Assembly: GCA_963729715.1 (NCBI GenBank) | Contig: CAVSPA010000004.1 | Span: forward strand, 320,001 to 384,000 | Direction: 5' to 3' | Length of the DNA stretch: 64,000 nucleotides | Origin: an uncultured delta proteobacterium | Lineage (GTDB): Bacteria; Desulfobacterota; Syntrophia; Syntrophales; UBA2185 | Shown: piece by piece, positions 1-9,931 of the stretch | How positions within the stretch are numbered: position 1 is the first letter of the stretch | How the letters are laid out: every line of letters starts with the position of its first letter | Translations under genes and position numbers: made by a program | The notes under the pieces: generated by a model | What the model was told of the DNA's origin: nothing | Databases searched by the model: none | Seen by the model: only the letters and a program-made list of their open reading frames with translations

Positions 1-243
1 GGCGTGTGACGTGCCGGAAAAGTGATGGCATATAAGAATGACGTTATCTCTGTTCTTGTTTAGAGTCCCGTAGGTTTCATATCCGACACGAACCGGTGCT
101 ATTTTCTGTCCGGAAACAGTCGTGTAGGCCTTCATTTCAAATACCTTTTTTACCACCAACTGATCATAGGCGAATAAAACATTAGGACATCCAATAAGAA
201 ATATAGCAATAAAGAGCATCGCAACTGTTCCTTTCTTTTTCAT
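1..243 (-). CDS. MetX-like (homoserine O-acetyltransferase family) alpha/beta hydrolase with signal peptide; 3' end runs off window
   Basis: Hand translation from ATG 243: MKKKGTVAMLFIAIFLIG...VRVGYETYGTLNKNRDNVILICHHFSGTSHA, typical MetX-family N-terminus; GGAGG RBS upstream. Confidence 0.8.
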   Translation of the reverse strand, partial: MKKKGTVAMLFIAIFLIGCPNVLFAYDQLVVKKVFEMKAYTTVSGQKIAPVRVGYETYGTLNKNRDNVILICHHFSGTSHA

Positions 244-699
244 GGTTCCCTCCCTTTATGAGAATTTGATAAGAGTTCCTTTTATATTAGGCGGAATATA
301 TGGAAAAATGTTTCTGCATGTCAAGACAATTCGACCACAAAATATAGTGTGTGCCGCTGTTTGATTTAGTGGGCATAGTTAGGAGATATTCTTAGGGGTT
401 AATGAAGGAGTTTAATGAGAATTTATTTACCGGTATTACTATGGGCAGTAGCCATTTTTTAGTAATAAACTGGGCACACCTTCGTACGCCCAATTGTTAT
501 TCTTTCAGGATTATGACTGATATAGGCATCCTAGGATTAATCGGGGTCTCACAATAACCATGAGCATTGCGCATCGAAATCATGTATCCATGCAAGAAAG
601 GCAGTTCTATTGAGTACAGGAATAAGCGGAGCGCTTCTCTCAACTGCAACCACACAACTATCAGTTTTAAGGTGGGGTGAGGATTGCCATCTGATAATT

Positions 700-2064
700 C
701 TACGGATTGCACGCTTTCGACTGATGGCTCAATCTAATAAGTTTCCTCCGCACCAAATCAACGTGCTCTTGAAGCTTATAAGCCTCCTCAAAAAAAGCGA
801 GAGGCACCGGTATTATATTGATCGATGCCTCGATCCGGTCAATCTCTTCATGATAACGCGCTATCTCTTCCGGTTCGGAACTTTCCATCACTTCCAATTC
901 CAGATTTTTGAGTTCTCTATACCAGTGATAGAATTTACGCCGGTGCCGCCAGGAGTACAACCAGGGTATGCTTCTGATTAAAGGGATAAGGATTATGGCC
1001 ACCGGGACCATGATTAAAATCGTGCGGTCAACAAACGCAGCTATCCCAAAGGGAAGATAGTCTAGCAGGAAAGGCCGTCCCGATTTATAAAATTTCTCCG
1101 CATATTTGGACGCGGGGAAACTCAGATCTCTTGGCGAAGGGAATTCCCCCTTCTTATGCACCCAGCCTGCGCTGCTGTGAATCTCCACGGCAGCGTCGAG
1201 CAGCAGATACACTAAAGCAGGATTCAGGTCTTTGCGAACGACGAGGCTTGTCGTCACAGCCAAAAGATGAACATCCTGTGAGGGTGTCCTCTTTGAAATG
1301 TCCAGTATACCTTGGGGTAACACAACATGCGATAAGGCGGGGATAAGCCGGGTGTAAGCCTCAGCCTGCCGGAAAGTCATCAACTTCAGATTCGGGTTAT
1401 ACAGAAGTTCCTTAACCAGGGGATTATCCTCTGTGCCGATTATCACTACGGCATCTACCCTCCCTTCCAATAAAGCTTTATTAGCAGGAGCGCCGGCAAG
1501 GTCAAGCAGCACGGTTGGTGGAGCTGCACTATGATTCAGTTTAAGCAATTTGGTCGCAAATATGCGCACCCCGCTCCCTTCCGGTCCGATCGCAATTCTC
1601 TTTCCCTTAAGTTCGGATAGGTAATCAAAGGTCTCGTAGCTTCGATAAAAGACCCAAAGAGGCAAGTAGCCTATGGCGCCGAGGGAAACAATATCCTTTG
1701 CCTCTGCGGGCGAACTCATTCCATCCTGGACAAAACCCGCATCCACCCGGTGCGATTTATCGTTAAGGCGCTTGAGGTTTTCTACGGAACCTGAGGAGGG
1801 AAGTAACTCAAGACGAATCCTGTCACGCGCCAGTATCTCCCGGTAGCGCTCACCAAAGATTTGGTAAGACCCGCTTTCAAAACCGGTGGTCATAATTAAA
1901 TGGTCGGGAGCCTTGAAATGATAGGCGATTATAATCGATATCAGTACGACCAGTAGAACCGAGGCGAGGATCGCCAGAAGGCTGTGGTTAGCTATTGAAG
2001 AAAGGATTCTGCGTCTAATATTTGTTTCCTGAAACATTCTATCACTCGTGGAGGCGGACCTCAT
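700..2064 (-). CDS. TAXI-family TRAP transporter solute-binding protein with C-terminal membrane extension
   Basis: TG..SGSY, SSGSVENL, LKGKRIAIGPEGSG motifs; C-terminal hydrophobic segment. Confidence 0.8.
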   Translation of the reverse strand: MRSASTSDRMFQETNIRRRILSSIANHSLLAILASVLLVVLISIIIAYHFKAPDHLIMTTGFESGSYQIFGERYREILARDRIRLELLPSSGSVENLKRLNDKSHRVDAGFVQDGMSSPAEAKDIVSLGAIGYLPLWVFYRSYETFDYLSELKGKRIAIGPEGSGVRIFATKLLKLNHSAAPPTVLLDLAGAPANKALLEGRVDAVVIIGTEDNPLVKELLYNPNLKLMTFRQAEAYTRLIPALSHVVLPQGILDISKRTPSQDVHLLAVTTSLVVRKDLNPALVYLLLDAAVEIHSSAGWVHKKGEFPSPRDLSFPASKYAEKFYKSGRPFLLDYLPFGIAAFVDRTILIMVPVAIILIPLIRSIPWLYSWRHRRKFYHWYRELKNLELEVMESSEPEEIARYHEEIDRIEASINIIPVPLAFFEEAYKLQEHVDLVRRKLIRLSHQSKACNP

Positions 2065-2321
2065 GAAATATCAAAGAAATATCTATGTCAAGCGAAATGA
2101 ATTAATCGAATATGGTCGGAGACCTTAAGCTCATATCGCATGTTTTACAGAGCATGCCTACCCGCAGTCACCAATCAGATTTTCCGAAGTCAATAATAAT
2201 AGTTTGAGTACGCACAAATCAGTATATGACCGATTGCAAATAGATGAGCCAACTCTATATTCTGATATCAAACTTGGTTTAATTTGCGTAGGATAATAAT
2301 TAACTACCATATAGGAGGTCT

Positions 2322-2948
2322 ATGTCCATGATAAAATATTTAAAACTCTTTGCTTTGGCCATCGTAATCGTGACCATTTCCGCGTCGCTTTGCGCCGCCG
2401 CCGAGGTAGCTTCCAAAGAATCGGTGGAGCAGAACTTTCAGAAGGCGCGGCAGGATTATCTGCAGAAAGACATGAAGGCCGCTGCCGATGAAGTTCGTAA
2501 GGGGGCCGCCTATGTCAAGTCCGAGGCCTCTGCCGCCAAGGGCAAAGCCAAGGAAGCTCTGACGGCATCCTACCATGAGCTTGTGAAGCTGTCAGGGGAA
2601 TTAGAAAAAGGAACTGTGAAGTCTGTAAAAAAAATGGAGACGGCCTTTGCCCGCACCTACAAGGCCCTCGCAACGAATTCGCATGTGAAGTCAACGGAAG
2701 CATGGTCGAAGAAGGAATTCAAGAATGCGGGAGATGACCTTGAGGCTGCCGTTGACGAGTTGGAAAAAGGATTTGCCTGGGCTGGGCAGAAAGCACAAGC
2801 CGGCACACAGAAGGCGATCAGTGAATCGAGGGAGCTATCCAAAAAGCTGAAGGAAGGTGCCAGCTCGGCCTCCGCAGAAGCTAAGAAGGCCATGAAAGGC
2901 ATGGGGGATGAGATCAAGACATTCGGTCAAAAAATCTCCTCAAAATAG
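2322..2948 (+). CDS. Secreted Ala/Lys-rich helical hypothetical protein
   Basis: AGGAGG RBS, Sec-type signal peptide, 208 aa. Confidence 0.75.
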   Translation: MSMIKYLKLFALAIVIVTISASLCAAAEVASKESVEQNFQKARQDYLQKDMKAAADEVRKGAAYVKSEASAAKGKAKEALTASYHELVKLSGELEKGTVKSVKKMETAFARTYKALATNSHVKSTEAWSKKEFKNAGDDLEAAVDELEKGFAWAGQKAQAGTQKAISESRELSKKLKEGASSASAEAKKAMKGMGDEIKTFGQKISSK

Positions 2949-3083
2949 TAATAGATGACGAGTCGTCCGGGACAGCGATATCCTCGGTATTCGCTTCAGG
3001 GTTTGATAAGCAATAAAGGAGCGGCATAATGCTGTTAACGAGTATACCTATAAGTCCCACATCATCAAGATAAGTTGGAATAA

Positions 3084-3121
3084 ACAGAAAAGCAGGATTA
3101 TTTCTACCCCTGCTTCCTGTT
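3084..3121 (-). terminator. Intrinsic terminator-like hairpin downstream of TAA at 3160
   Basis: Minus strand AACAGGAAGCAGG-loop-CCTGCTTTTCTGTT followed by T-rich bases. Confidence 0.55.
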
Positions 3122-3159
3122 GTCGATAAGGGAATGTGGTTTTGCCTGAATAGTTGTTC

Positions 3160-3645
3160 TTATTTCTTTTTCATGTCCCACGTTCCATTGCAGATCTCTT
3201 CATCGTGTACGCTGGTATAAGTACCTTTCCCGGCCCACTCGCCACCTTTCATACACAGAATCCCCTGGTATTTCGTTTCCTATCCGGCTCTCTTCATCAC
3301 GCCCTGGATATTGCAACATCCTCCCGGACCCGGTGTCACAGTACCCGTAAATTCCTGGCTGCCTCCCGGCGCAGCGGCTTTTGCATCCGTTACCTTCCCC
3401 CATATCTTCGAATCACATCCTGGCCCCTGGTTAATCTCCATAATTGACGTTTTACCTTTGTCCGGTTTCGGGCAGGTCTTTGATGCCACTGAGCTGTGAA
3501 ACACCTCATAGGTCCCGGCAACGCAGCAGGCCTTTGATGGTTTTCTCGGCGGCTGCTTTACCTGGGCGAACGCAAACCCAACATACATAAACACGGACAA
3601 AAGAATAGCCAAACCTATAAATGCTAATAATCTCTCATGCATCAC
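3160..3645 (-). CDS. Cys-rich secreted protein interrupted by in-frame TAG (3280-3282); pseudogene or amber readthrough
   Basis: Signal peptide and RBS; frame continues past TAG as ETKYQGILCMKGGEWAGKGTYTSVHDEEICNGTWDMKKK-TAA. Confidence 0.65.
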
Positions 3646-3971
3646 ACCTCCTTCTTTTTACATGGATTGATAATTGAGTTGATAAGAAGCCCTTGTTGAG
3701 TGTGTGAAGTATGGGGAAAAATGCATCATGATGTCAAGGCAATTAGACTGCATGATGTGTGGACACTATTTAATACATAAACCAGTAAGGAAGTACAATA
3801 TGCGTTGTATCCACGGACGGAAACAACGACACTCTCTTACAGTAAGGGCTAAATAAAAAATTCGTTTGCCGATTTTCCAAGATCGCCAAACGGGTAAAAT
3901 CTTAGACTACGAATCAATGATTTTCATGTTGGTATTGGAGTGAGTATTACTGTTTGAAATCGAGATAAGGA

Positions 3972-6900
3972 TTAATTGCCTCCCGGATCACCAACGATAA
4001 TAAACGGCGCCCAGAACAGAGGATGAGCATAGCTGGCAATGATCTTGCCTGACGCTTCATTCTTCAAATTTGCTTCATCAATGATGTTAAGGATAGATTG
4101 GCGCAAGGCCTGCGCACGGGATAATGTTTTATCCCCCTCCTGTTTTTGAAATATTCCGGTTACCAGTTTTTGCGCAGAGGTTGTCTCCACCGGCCACATG
4201 GTAACTAACAGGGCTCTCGTTCCGGCGTAAAAGAACGATTTACCAATGCCGGAAATTGCTTCCGCGCCCTGGCCTTCTGCAGCGCCGGTATTGCAGGCGG
4301 AAAGAACAACCCAGTCGGCATTGAGCTTCAGTTTTAAAATTTCTTCCATTGTGATGAGTCCGTCTCCTACCTCGCCGATAACAGCGGGAGAGGAGGCGGC
4401 AAGCGCCGGTTGATCCAGACCGTCCAGATCACCGGGAATCAAGGCATGTGTCGCAAAGGCAATAACTTTTCTATCCGATAGATTCATAGTTTTGACGCGG
4501 GATTCGGAAAATGCTTTGCCCAGGAAGACGTCTTCACTTGGATTGGCGCCCAGGACTTTCGCGATGTTGTTGAGTTCTTCAGATGTGTCCGGAAGCCTCT
4601 CCAACTTATCCAATTGCATCGAAGAAAGATTGCTGTCATCTAATTTGCCTTTAGATGTTATGCGCACTCCCCGCACCTGAATGTTGCCCTCCCTGCCAGC
4701 AAGTTGGGTTTTTCCCGCCGTAATTTCTTTTTCCTTTTTGGCTAACTGTTCCAGATTAAAGATCGGGTCGCCAAAACCGACAAAGGCTTTTCTTTTCACA
4801 TCTCCTTCCGGCAGTGAACGCAATGTTACAAGGGCGCTCGCGGCGGGTAGCATAGTGATGGAGACTTTTCTAATGAGCCAGGGAACCTTCCGGTAATTGG
4901 CAAAGAGCTCTCCTTTTTCATTTGCCAGTGTAACCGGCTGAGTGGGAAGCAGTGAAAAGGGCAACTGTCCTAAAGGTCCGTGAATTGTCACCAGGAGATC
5001 TTTTGTCTTGCTCCATGCCGACTCGGCAGGTTTAAAAAGCATGCTGTATAATTTATAAGCGGCAGCCAAATCAAACTCCGGAATATCACCAAATGTGTTG
5101 GGACTGGGATCGAGCGCTTGCCGCAGATGATTGACAATCGCGGCCTGTTCTTTTTTCCCAAGAGGTGCAGTAATGAATCTTATTTCCCCCTGTTGGGGTA
5201 TTACCCAAACGTACGTTTTTTCATCCGTTGTAAAAATGGACACCAGCGCCTCGCCTCGGTGGAGATTGTTTTGCAATTTCTCTGCGGTTATTGGCTGGGG
5301 ACGAGTAAAATTAGCGTACTTGGGAAAACGCTTGACGATTTCATCTAAGATGGAGTTTCTCGCCTTCGTCAGTGACTCTATGCTTGCTCTCATTGTTTTT
5401 ATGGCATTGGCGTTTTGCTGGTCTGCCGGAGCCATGAGCGCGTTGGATAACACTGCCTGTATCGCGGTAATTTGCTTATTAGCGTCCTGCTCTTTCCTCG
5501 CTAAATCGGCTAATTCCGGGTCATATGCTGCGGCTGCGCGGACGCTGCTTTCACCAATTGCGGTCTGGATGGTTTGCCCTCCCAAGTAACTGGCTATGCG
5601 GAAGGATTCGGCCAGAGCGTTGACGCCAAATTCTTTTTCCTGAGGCGTGTTGTAAATGCTGCCTAAAAAATCAATGTAAGCTTCCAGGATGATGTGCTGA
5701 AATTTATTGGCAACTTCGCTATCTTTAATTCCCCGTCCAATGAGGGCCGGCGCAGCGGCTGCAAAATTATAATAGGCCCCTTTGTTGTTACCACTCATCA
5801 CATTAGCCATACCGAGCAATCCTAATGTCCGAATAGTTGCCAAATGTTTTTCACCAAACCGCTTGCGATTCATATTGTAAGTATCCGAGATAATCTTTAT
5901 TGCTTCATCTTTCCGGCCGGTTTTCAGAAGGGTTAGCATCAAATTGATATTGCGGATAAATTTGGTTTCGTAAAGATAGCGGTTTTCTTTCATCCCGGCC
6001 CGCGCCAGATCATACTGCTTCAGTGCGCCAGCGTAATCTCCCTTTTGGCTGAGAACATCACCCAGGAACATTCCGGCATTGCACACTAAATTGGAATCAG
6101 GTGAAACTCCTGAAGCTTCCAGAATACGAAGGCCGGCACGTGCGAGTTGCTCAGCGTCGCTAAGGCGTCCTTGGGCAAGCATCAATCTGGCCAGATTTTC
6201 AACCGCCTTTCCGGTTATATCCGACTCTACTCCTGCATGTCCCAATGCTTCGAGCAGTGCCTCACGTGCTTCAATTTCCGCTTCCATGCGCCTTCCCTGG
6301 TTAGATAAATTTTTAGAGAGACTGATCCGACCGTTTATTTCCCCGCGAGGGAAGTCTTTCAGCGAATGATAGAGAGCGAGTGCGCTCCGTTCGTGAGGTT
6401 CTGCTTCCACATATTTGCCTTGCGCCTCCAGAACGAGGTATATGATCCTTTCCATATTAGCGTCCCGGGAGATATTTTTATTTTTCTTCGTTTTATACCG
6501 GAAGGCACTCTCACGACTGATTTTTTCAGCCTTTTCGAAATCGCCCAACTGGAGATAGGCATTAATCAGGTGATCATCGGTGCCAAATGTATCTCTGATT
6601 TCGCGAGCCCTGTTTAACATATCAAGAGCTGTTTGAAAATTACCGGCATTCTGCTCAACAATGGCCAGATGACGTAAAACGTCGTCGTTTTCCGAGCCTG
6701 CTTTCCGGTAATACGCGAGTGCCTTGCGCAGATCGTCAATTGCCTGCTTTATTTGGCCAAGCTGCCGAGCTGCTTCTCCCCGATCATGGTAGAATACAGC
6801 CATAGTACGGTCATCTGCTTTGACCGGAGGAAGCGCCGCCGCCCTGGCTTTAAACTGCTCCGTGATTTTAGCATCAAATTGTCCCGGCTGATTAAGCACT

Positions 6901-7070
6901 TCCAAAATATCACTTATCCGGCGAGATGGTTTGGTGAATGTTTTATCATCCATGGCAATGGAAACTCTTTTCGCTTCCTCCAGGGACATTTTTGTTGCGC
7001 AGCATGGAAAGAAGATCAGTGTCACAAGGGCAAAAATGAAAATGTTCAGCTCATTCTTGCTTTTAGCCAT
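3972..7070 (-). CDS. TPR + CHAT domain (caspase-like) protease, exported
   Basis: TPR-like helices; FATHA and LSACNTG His/Cys dyad; HPLFWAPF C-terminal CHAT motif. Confidence 0.9.
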   Translation of the reverse strand: MAKSKNELNIFIFALVTLIFFPCCATKMSLEEAKRVSIAMDDKTFTKPSRRISDILEVLNQPGQFDAKITEQFKARAAALPPVKADDRTMAVFYHDRGEAARQLGQIKQAIDDLRKALAYYRKAGSENDDVLRHLAIVEQNAGNFQTALDMLNRAREIRDTFGTDDHLINAYLQLGDFEKAEKISRESAFRYKTKKNKNISRDANMERIIYLVLEAQGKYVEAEPHERSALALYHSLKDFPRGEINGRISLSKNLSNQGRRMEAEIEAREALLEALGHAGVESDITGKAVENLARLMLAQGRLSDAEQLARAGLRILEASGVSPDSNLVCNAGMFLGDVLSQKGDYAGALKQYDLARAGMKENRYLYETKFIRNINLMLTLLKTGRKDEAIKIISDTYNMNRKRFGEKHLATIRTLGLLGMANVMSGNNKGAYYNFAAAAPALIGRGIKDSEVANKFQHIILEAYIDFLGSIYNTPQEKEFGVNALAESFRIASYLGGQTIQTAIGESSVRAAAAYDPELADLARKEQDANKQITAIQAVLSNALMAPADQQNANAIKTMRASIESLTKARNSILDEIVKRFPKYANFTRPQPITAEKLQNNLHRGEALVSIFTTDEKTYVWVIPQQGEIRFITAPLGKKEQAAIVNHLRQALDPSPNTFGDIPEFDLAAAYKLYSMLFKPAESAWSKTKDLLVTIHGPLGQLPFSLLPTQPVTLANEKGELFANYRKVPWLIRKVSITMLPAASALVTLRSLPEGDVKRKAFVGFGDPIFNLEQLAKKEKEITAGKTQLAGREGNIQVRGVRITSKGKLDDSNLSSMQLDKLERLPDTSEELNNIAKVLGANPSEDVFLGKAFSESRVKTMNLSDRKVIAFATHALIPGDLDGLDQPALAASSPAVIGEVGDGLITMEEILKLKLNADWVVLSACNTGAAEGQGAEAISGIGKSFFYAGTRALLVTMWPVETTSAQKLVTGIFQKQEGDKTLSRAQALRQSILNIIDEANLKNEASGKIIASYAHPLFWAPFIIVGDPGGN

Positions 7071-7340
7071 TTGTGATCCTCCAATGAGATTTTTTGTCTT
7101 TACCTCGAAAAATTATATTGGCTCAATCAAGTGTGGTTAATTATATCACATTTTAAATCGAAGTTCCCTTTAATATACTATACATTATTGCAGATTATTT
7201 TTTGGCAGAAAATGTTTTGTCTATTTACAATTGAAATCTTGTATGGACGAGCGAAATTGGGGAAACAACAAGGAAGAAGCAAATGTTTATCAACCTACGA
7301 ACCATCTCCGCCGCTCTATAGCGAAAGAAGAAGCAATCAG

Positions 7341-9674
7341 TTACTTCGCATTTCCCGTGAGCTGAAATGAGGCCCAGTAATAAGGATGGGTGTATTTCTT
7401 CTTAGTCTCTAACTGGGCTGTTCTCAAGGCTTCACGCTTATCAGTCCTGTCCATCTCCTTGTAGAAGCGTGTCATCAGTTGTGCCGTGGCAACGTCGTCC
7501 ACCTTCCAGAGGCTGGCTACGATTGAGCTGGAACCGGCATAAAGAAATCCCCTCGTGAGCCCGACGAGATCATCACCGTTGGCGATCTTGCTCAATCCTG
7601 TTTCACAGGCGCTCAAGGTCACCATCTCCGCAGTCAGGTTTAGTGAATAGATTTTATTCACTGAAAGCATCCCATTGTAGTGGGAATCGGGAGTCAGGAG
7701 CAGCGCCGATTGCAATGGGAATTCCGGATTGAACTGGCCATGCGTGGCGAAATGCAGGTAAGTGTAGTCGCTGCCATACTTGCGGAGTGCCTCTTCTGTC
7801 GCCTCCTTGCGGATGAATACTTTGGACCGAGGCCGGATACCGGCAATATCTCTCGCCTCCTGTTCGGCATATGAGAGATCAAGCTTGGCGTCGCCAAGGT
7901 CCGGATTGCCGAAAATCAATACTCCTCCACCCTTCCCCGCCTTCCTCTTCCTCAGGTACCTCAGGGCGCTCGCGCTGGGCATCATGCTTATACTGTAACG
8001 GTCGATGATATAACTCTGACCATCATTCAGGGCATTCATAGGCACGTAGTGCAATACCCCGTGGGGGACGATGATAAGAGAATGTTTGCCGATTGAGCCT
8101 TCGATTGGCTGGAAGAGTCGTTCATAAAGTTTTCGCGAAGCATCCATAAACCCAGGAGAGCCCGGCGTCTCTATGAGCTGACGGAAGGCCGTGACGTCAT
8201 CTATGAGACCCGCACCATTCAGTTTAACGGTCTGGAGCTTGCCGTCGGCAAGCACAAAAGCATACATGTCGCTGTCGCGGTAATAGTATTCGATTAAGGC
8301 TTCATTCGCCGCGATCTCCGACAACAGCTCGGAGACAGGCTGGTAAGTTACTGTGACAAGCGAAGCCAGCTCCGGAGCCTTATTCCTCAAGTCTTCCCTG
8401 ACTTTGACCTGCACGCTCCGGGTCTTTGCACCGTTAGTCGATGCAATCTGCATGGCAATTCTTCTTTCCGTGGAATCCTGAGCGGCAAGGAGTGTGCGGA
8501 TTTCCTTTTCATCCCCGCCTCTGAATGCAAAGTCTTCTTTCGAAGCGAGAAGATCGACCAGCGCCCGGGACTTCGAGCGCTCGACATATTCAAAAGCCTT
8601 TTCGTATTGTCTGTCTTCATATAAGACCCTTATCAAATCATGGTAGACGGCCTGCTTGTCGCCAACAAAACCTATTTTGCTCCCCTCAGAAGAGATGCTC
8701 TTTCTCTGATTCTCAATGATCTCCGTAGCTTGTTCTAAATACTTAATGCTTTCCTTCAATCTGCCTTCTTTCATATATATCAAAGCCAGGTCGGCCAGCG
8801 ATGTCCAATGGAGACGTTCGTAATTTGCGGCCATCTTCTGAGAGAGAAGTTTTTCATAGCCGCTTTTTGCCTCGTCAAGACTCCCCGTTTCAAACAGAAT
8901 CTTTGCTACCATAAACTCACTTAAGAACGTGCCGCGTTCTGTCCACGCACCGATGCTCGTATCTGTCCCAACGTCCGCGTAATGCACGAGCATTGGGAAA
9001 ACCATCATTACCTCGACGGCCTGGGCGAAAGCATAAAAGGCGCTTCCCGAGTATTCCTGGATAACTCTCTTGGCATTTGCATAGTCCTTCATTATGAAAT
9101 AAATTCCGGCTACGGCGGCGTTCTTGATCGGCCGAAGCTGAAATTCAGCCATCGATGTGACTGTCTTGATCTTGCCGATGTAATCCAATGCAGTTTTCTT
9201 ATCCCCCCTTATTGCTGCAAAAATGCCAGCGGTTTCATAGACATGGATTTCAGCAATCTTGTAACCGTTATGAAAATTCGGTGACGCCTTTTTCAGGAGG
9301 AGAACTGAATAATCAACTTCCTTTTCTATATCGTCGGGATCGGCGCCGAGATCGATCATGTTCCTCGCCTTGAAGGAATGGATCTCCGCAAGTAAAGCAT
9401 CCCGGGAGGTTCTGTTGATTGTGTCAGCCTTTCCCGTTCTTGCAAAAAAAGCATCATGGCAGTTGGCGAATTTTTCATAATTTTTTATCTCATATAGAGA
9501 TAGGCAATAGTAATACAAATCGTTGAGATCGGCTTTGTCGGTAGACATGTTCTTCTCAAAATATTGTGTCGACTGGTGGAACTGGCTGTTCAACCAATAT
9601 TTTTGCATCGGGGTTGTGCAACCTGAGAAAGCCAATGCCAAAAGAAGAATGACCAAGGCGGATGTTTTTCGCAT
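7341..9674 (-). CDS. TPR + CHAT lipoprotein
   Basis: Likely start 9674 (MRKTSALVILLLALAFSGC lipobox); HFATHG, LSACETG, HPYYWASF. Confidence 0.9.
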   Translation of the reverse strand: MRKTSALVILLLALAFSGCTTPMQKYWLNSQFHQSTQYFEKNMSTDKADLNDLYYYCLSLYEIKNYEKFANCHDAFFARTGKADTINRTSRDALLAEIHSFKARNMIDLGADPDDIEKEVDYSVLLLKKASPNFHNGYKIAEIHVYETAGIFAAIRGDKKTALDYIGKIKTVTSMAEFQLRPIKNAAVAGIYFIMKDYANAKRVIQEYSGSAFYAFAQAVEVMMVFPMLVHYADVGTDTSIGAWTERGTFLSEFMVAKILFETGSLDEAKSGYEKLLSQKMAANYERLHWTSLADLALIYMKEGRLKESIKYLEQATEIIENQRKSISSEGSKIGFVGDKQAVYHDLIRVLYEDRQYEKAFEYVERSKSRALVDLLASKEDFAFRGGDEKEIRTLLAAQDSTERRIAMQIASTNGAKTRSVQVKVREDLRNKAPELASLVTVTYQPVSELLSEIAANEALIEYYYRDSDMYAFVLADGKLQTVKLNGAGLIDDVTAFRQLIETPGSPGFMDASRKLYERLFQPIEGSIGKHSLIIVPHGVLHYVPMNALNDGQSYIIDRYSISMMPSASALRYLRKRKAGKGGGVLIFGNPDLGDAKLDLSYAEQEARDIAGIRPRSKVFIRKEATEEALRKYGSDYTYLHFATHGQFNPEFPLQSALLLTPDSHYNGMLSVNKIYSLNLTAEMVTLSACETGLSKIANGDDLVGLTRGFLYAGSSSIVASLWKVDDVATAQLMTRFYKEMDRTDKREALRTAQLETKKKYTHPYYWASFQLTGNAK

Positions 9675-9815
9675 AGAGTAATATCCTTTTCTAAGAAATT
9701 GGTCTTGACGATCTTCCATGACTATTCGATAGAGAATATCTCTACCATATTTTAAATGGTGTTTCTATCTGTTCCACGCATCAATGCTGTTTATGCCATT
9801 TGCGAGAGCTGCCCC

Positions 9816-9855
9816 AAAAATAAAAAGGCGATTGAAGAATGGCTCCAACCGCCTC
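9816..9855 (-). terminator. Intrinsic terminator after M20 peptidase
   Basis: Minus strand GAGGCGGTTGGAG-ccatt-CTTCAATCGCCTT then TTTATTTTT. Confidence 0.7.
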
Positions 9856-9931
9856 AACAAGCCAAGGCTCAAGGGAAATAGCAGCGCAGAAAGAAATTAA
9901 GTGAGAGATCGTGAAATACCATAGCTCAATA

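Noticed and set aside
3972..9674. Craspase or gasdermin defence system
   Set aside because: No cas genes, CRISPR array or recognisable gasdermin in the window; the CHAT proteins appear exported
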